Assembly: GCA_036918135.1 (NCBI GenBank)
Contig: JBALDB010000051.1
Coordinates: 96,001 to 160,000, forward strand
Source: Nostoc sp.
Lineage (GTDB): Bacteria > Cyanobacteriota > Cyanobacteriia > Cyanobacteriales > Nostocaceae
Direction of reading: 5' to 3'
Length of the DNA: 64,000 nt
The notes under the pieces are model-generated. The model was not told the origin of the DNA, made no database searches, and saw only the letters and a list, made by a program, of their open reading frames with translations. Of the stretch, positions 62,722-64,000 are shown one piece after another. The first letter of the stretch is position 1. Each line of letters starts with the position of its first letter. The position numbers and the translations under genes are program-made.

Positions 62722-62723
62722 AT

Positions 62724-62866
62724 GGGGGGTGTGGAGTGTGGGGGGTGTGGGGAGAGGGGAGCAAGATTTCTTTCCCATCCTCCCTATCCTCCTTCTCCTC
62801 CCACACCTCCTCTTCCTCCCTATCCTCCTTCTCCTCCCACACTCCCGATACCTAGTTGCTAGTCCC
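62724..62866. repeat. STRR-type element, inverted copy of 60876-61008
   Basis: gggagcaagatttctt...cccacactcccgatacc. Confidence 0.75.
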
Positions 62867-62868
62867 TT

Positions 62869-63726
62869 TTACCCTACGTCATCATGGGCGAAACGGTTAA
62901 AGAGGAAGTCTAAGGCATAGTTACGCAGTTGATAATATTGTGGATCTTCCATGATGCGGGCGCGATCGCGGGGACGTGAAAAAGGAATTTCCATGACTTC
63001 GCCGATTTTGGCGTGAGGGCCGTTGGTCATCATCACTAATTTGTCTGCTAAAAATAGTGCTTCGTCGATGTCATGGGTAATCATCAACACTGTACAGCGG
63101 TTTTCATTCCAAATTTTTAGCAGTTCTTCCTGTAACTCTTCTTTAGTAATTGCATCCAGCGCCCCAAAAGGTTCATCTAAAATTAAGACTTTGGGACGAA
63201 TTGCCAAAGCGCGGGCGATAGAAACTCTTTGTCTCATACCACCGGACATTTGCATTGGTTTCTTTTCCATTGCATCAGCTAGTCCCACCATTGCTAAATG
63301 ATCGCGCACAATTGCTCTTTTTTCGGCTTGTGGTTTATTGGGATAAACGGCGTTAACAGCTAAGTAGATGTTTTCAAAAGCAGTCCGCCACGGTAGCAAG
63401 GCATAGTTTTGGAAGACAACCATTCTGTCTGGCCCTGGTTTTGTAATCGGCTGTCCTTCGAGTAATACTTCCCCAGAGGTGGGAAAGTTAAAACCGGATA
63501 CCATATTTAGCAGCGTGGATTTGCCACAGCCAGAGTGACCGATGACACAAATAAACTCGCCTTGTTCGACGTTGAGGTTAACGCCGTCGAGTACGGTGAA
63601 GGGGCCTTTCTTTGTAGGATAAACTTTGGTAACGTCTTTAATTTCTAGGAAAGGTCTGCGGCTGGTGGTTGCAGAAGCTAATGGTTTTCCTAATGTGTTT
63701 GTGGCTGGAAAGTTGGGGTTTGGCAT
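62869..63726 (-). CDS. cmpD: Bicarbonate (or nitrate) ABC transporter ATP-binding subunit D
   Basis: GHSGCGKS, PGPDRMVVFQNY, WNENRCTVLMITHD, RFAHDDV; not followed by narB, which favours cmpD over nrtD. Confidence 0.75.
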   Translation of the reverse strand: MPNPNFPATNTLGKPLASATTSRRPFLEIKDVTKVYPTKKGPFTVLDGVNLNVEQGEFICVIGHSGCGKSTLLNMVSGFNFPTSGEVLLEGQPITKPGPDRMVVFQNYALLPWRTAFENIYLAVNAVYPNKPQAEKRAIVRDHLAMVGLADAMEKKPMQMSGGMRQRVSIARALAIRPKVLILDEPFGALDAITKEELQEELLKIWNENRCTVLMITHDIDEALFLADKLVMMTNGPHAKIGEVMEIPFSRPRDRARIMEDPQYYQLRNYALDFLFNRFAHDDVG

Positions 63727-63840
63727 GGTATTTGGGGATTAACAAAGTGCAATTTGATATTCTGACTTCTGTCCCTTGCTTGTCTACGGTATATACATAA
63801 GTCTGAAATAGCTTACTCACCTGGTTTTCGCGTCAGTTTT

Positions 63841-63912
63841 ACCCCACCCTAACTCTCCCCTTGGAAAGGGGAGGGAACAAGATTTCTTATTTCTCCCCTT
63901 TATAAGGGGGGT
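63841..63912. repeat. REP-like hairpins (CTCCCCTT..AAGGGGAG)
   Basis: ctccccttggaaaggggag and cccctttataagggg stems. Confidence 0.6.
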
Positions 63913-64000
63913 AATTTGACTTGTGTGTACACCGTAGCTTCGCTTGTAGAGAAGAGGTTAGGTCTTTTGTTGGTTTTTACAGATGACGTAAAAAGTCAGA

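Larger units (their letters stand above)
54..62970. repeat. Dispersed HIP1 octamers (GCGATCGC)
   Basis: Dozens of copies, e.g. 54, 2660, 4494; hallmark of cyanobacterial genomes. Confidence 0.95.

Overview
Chromosomal window of a heterocyst-forming cyanobacterium (Nostoc-like). The assignment rests on frequent HIP1 GCGATCGC octamers, STRR heptamer repeats, a short-type kaiA-kaiB-kaiC cluster followed by a TolC/HgdD-like gene, and cyanobacterial genes such as lrtA, cmpD and bgtA/B-like. From left to right it holds: the 3' end of a luciferase-like monooxygenase followed by an unusual LysR + sulfonate-type solute-binding fusion; kdpA-kdpB-(degenerate kdpF/G)-kdpC; DUF29, dienelactone hydrolase and rhodanese; a DUF4347/RCC1-like/DUF4114 gene broken by an apparent internal deletion; a FUSC gene bracketed by inverted MITEs; an alternative respiratory terminal oxidase operon (2x DUF2231, coxBAC lacking the CuA ligands) followed by an NDH-2-like gene; PadR + carotenoid oxygenase; a small protein/aspartic protease pair; a pentapeptide membrane protein; CAP protein, lipid kinase and exoD; three tandem NsiR1-like sRNA units; hgdD-kaiCBA with a divergent hybrid kinase carrying pseudo-receiver domains; ArnT-like GT, ycf20 and glycerate kinase; a TIR-coiled-coil-GUN4 protein; SulP, bgtB/bgtA-like, lipB, lrtA, prxQ, an HGSNAT-like gene and cmpD. 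Intergenic DNA is full of MITEs, small dispersed repeats and tandem arrays. No rRNA, tRNA, CRISPR array or intact transposase was recognised. All family calls come from visual motif recognition, not database searches.
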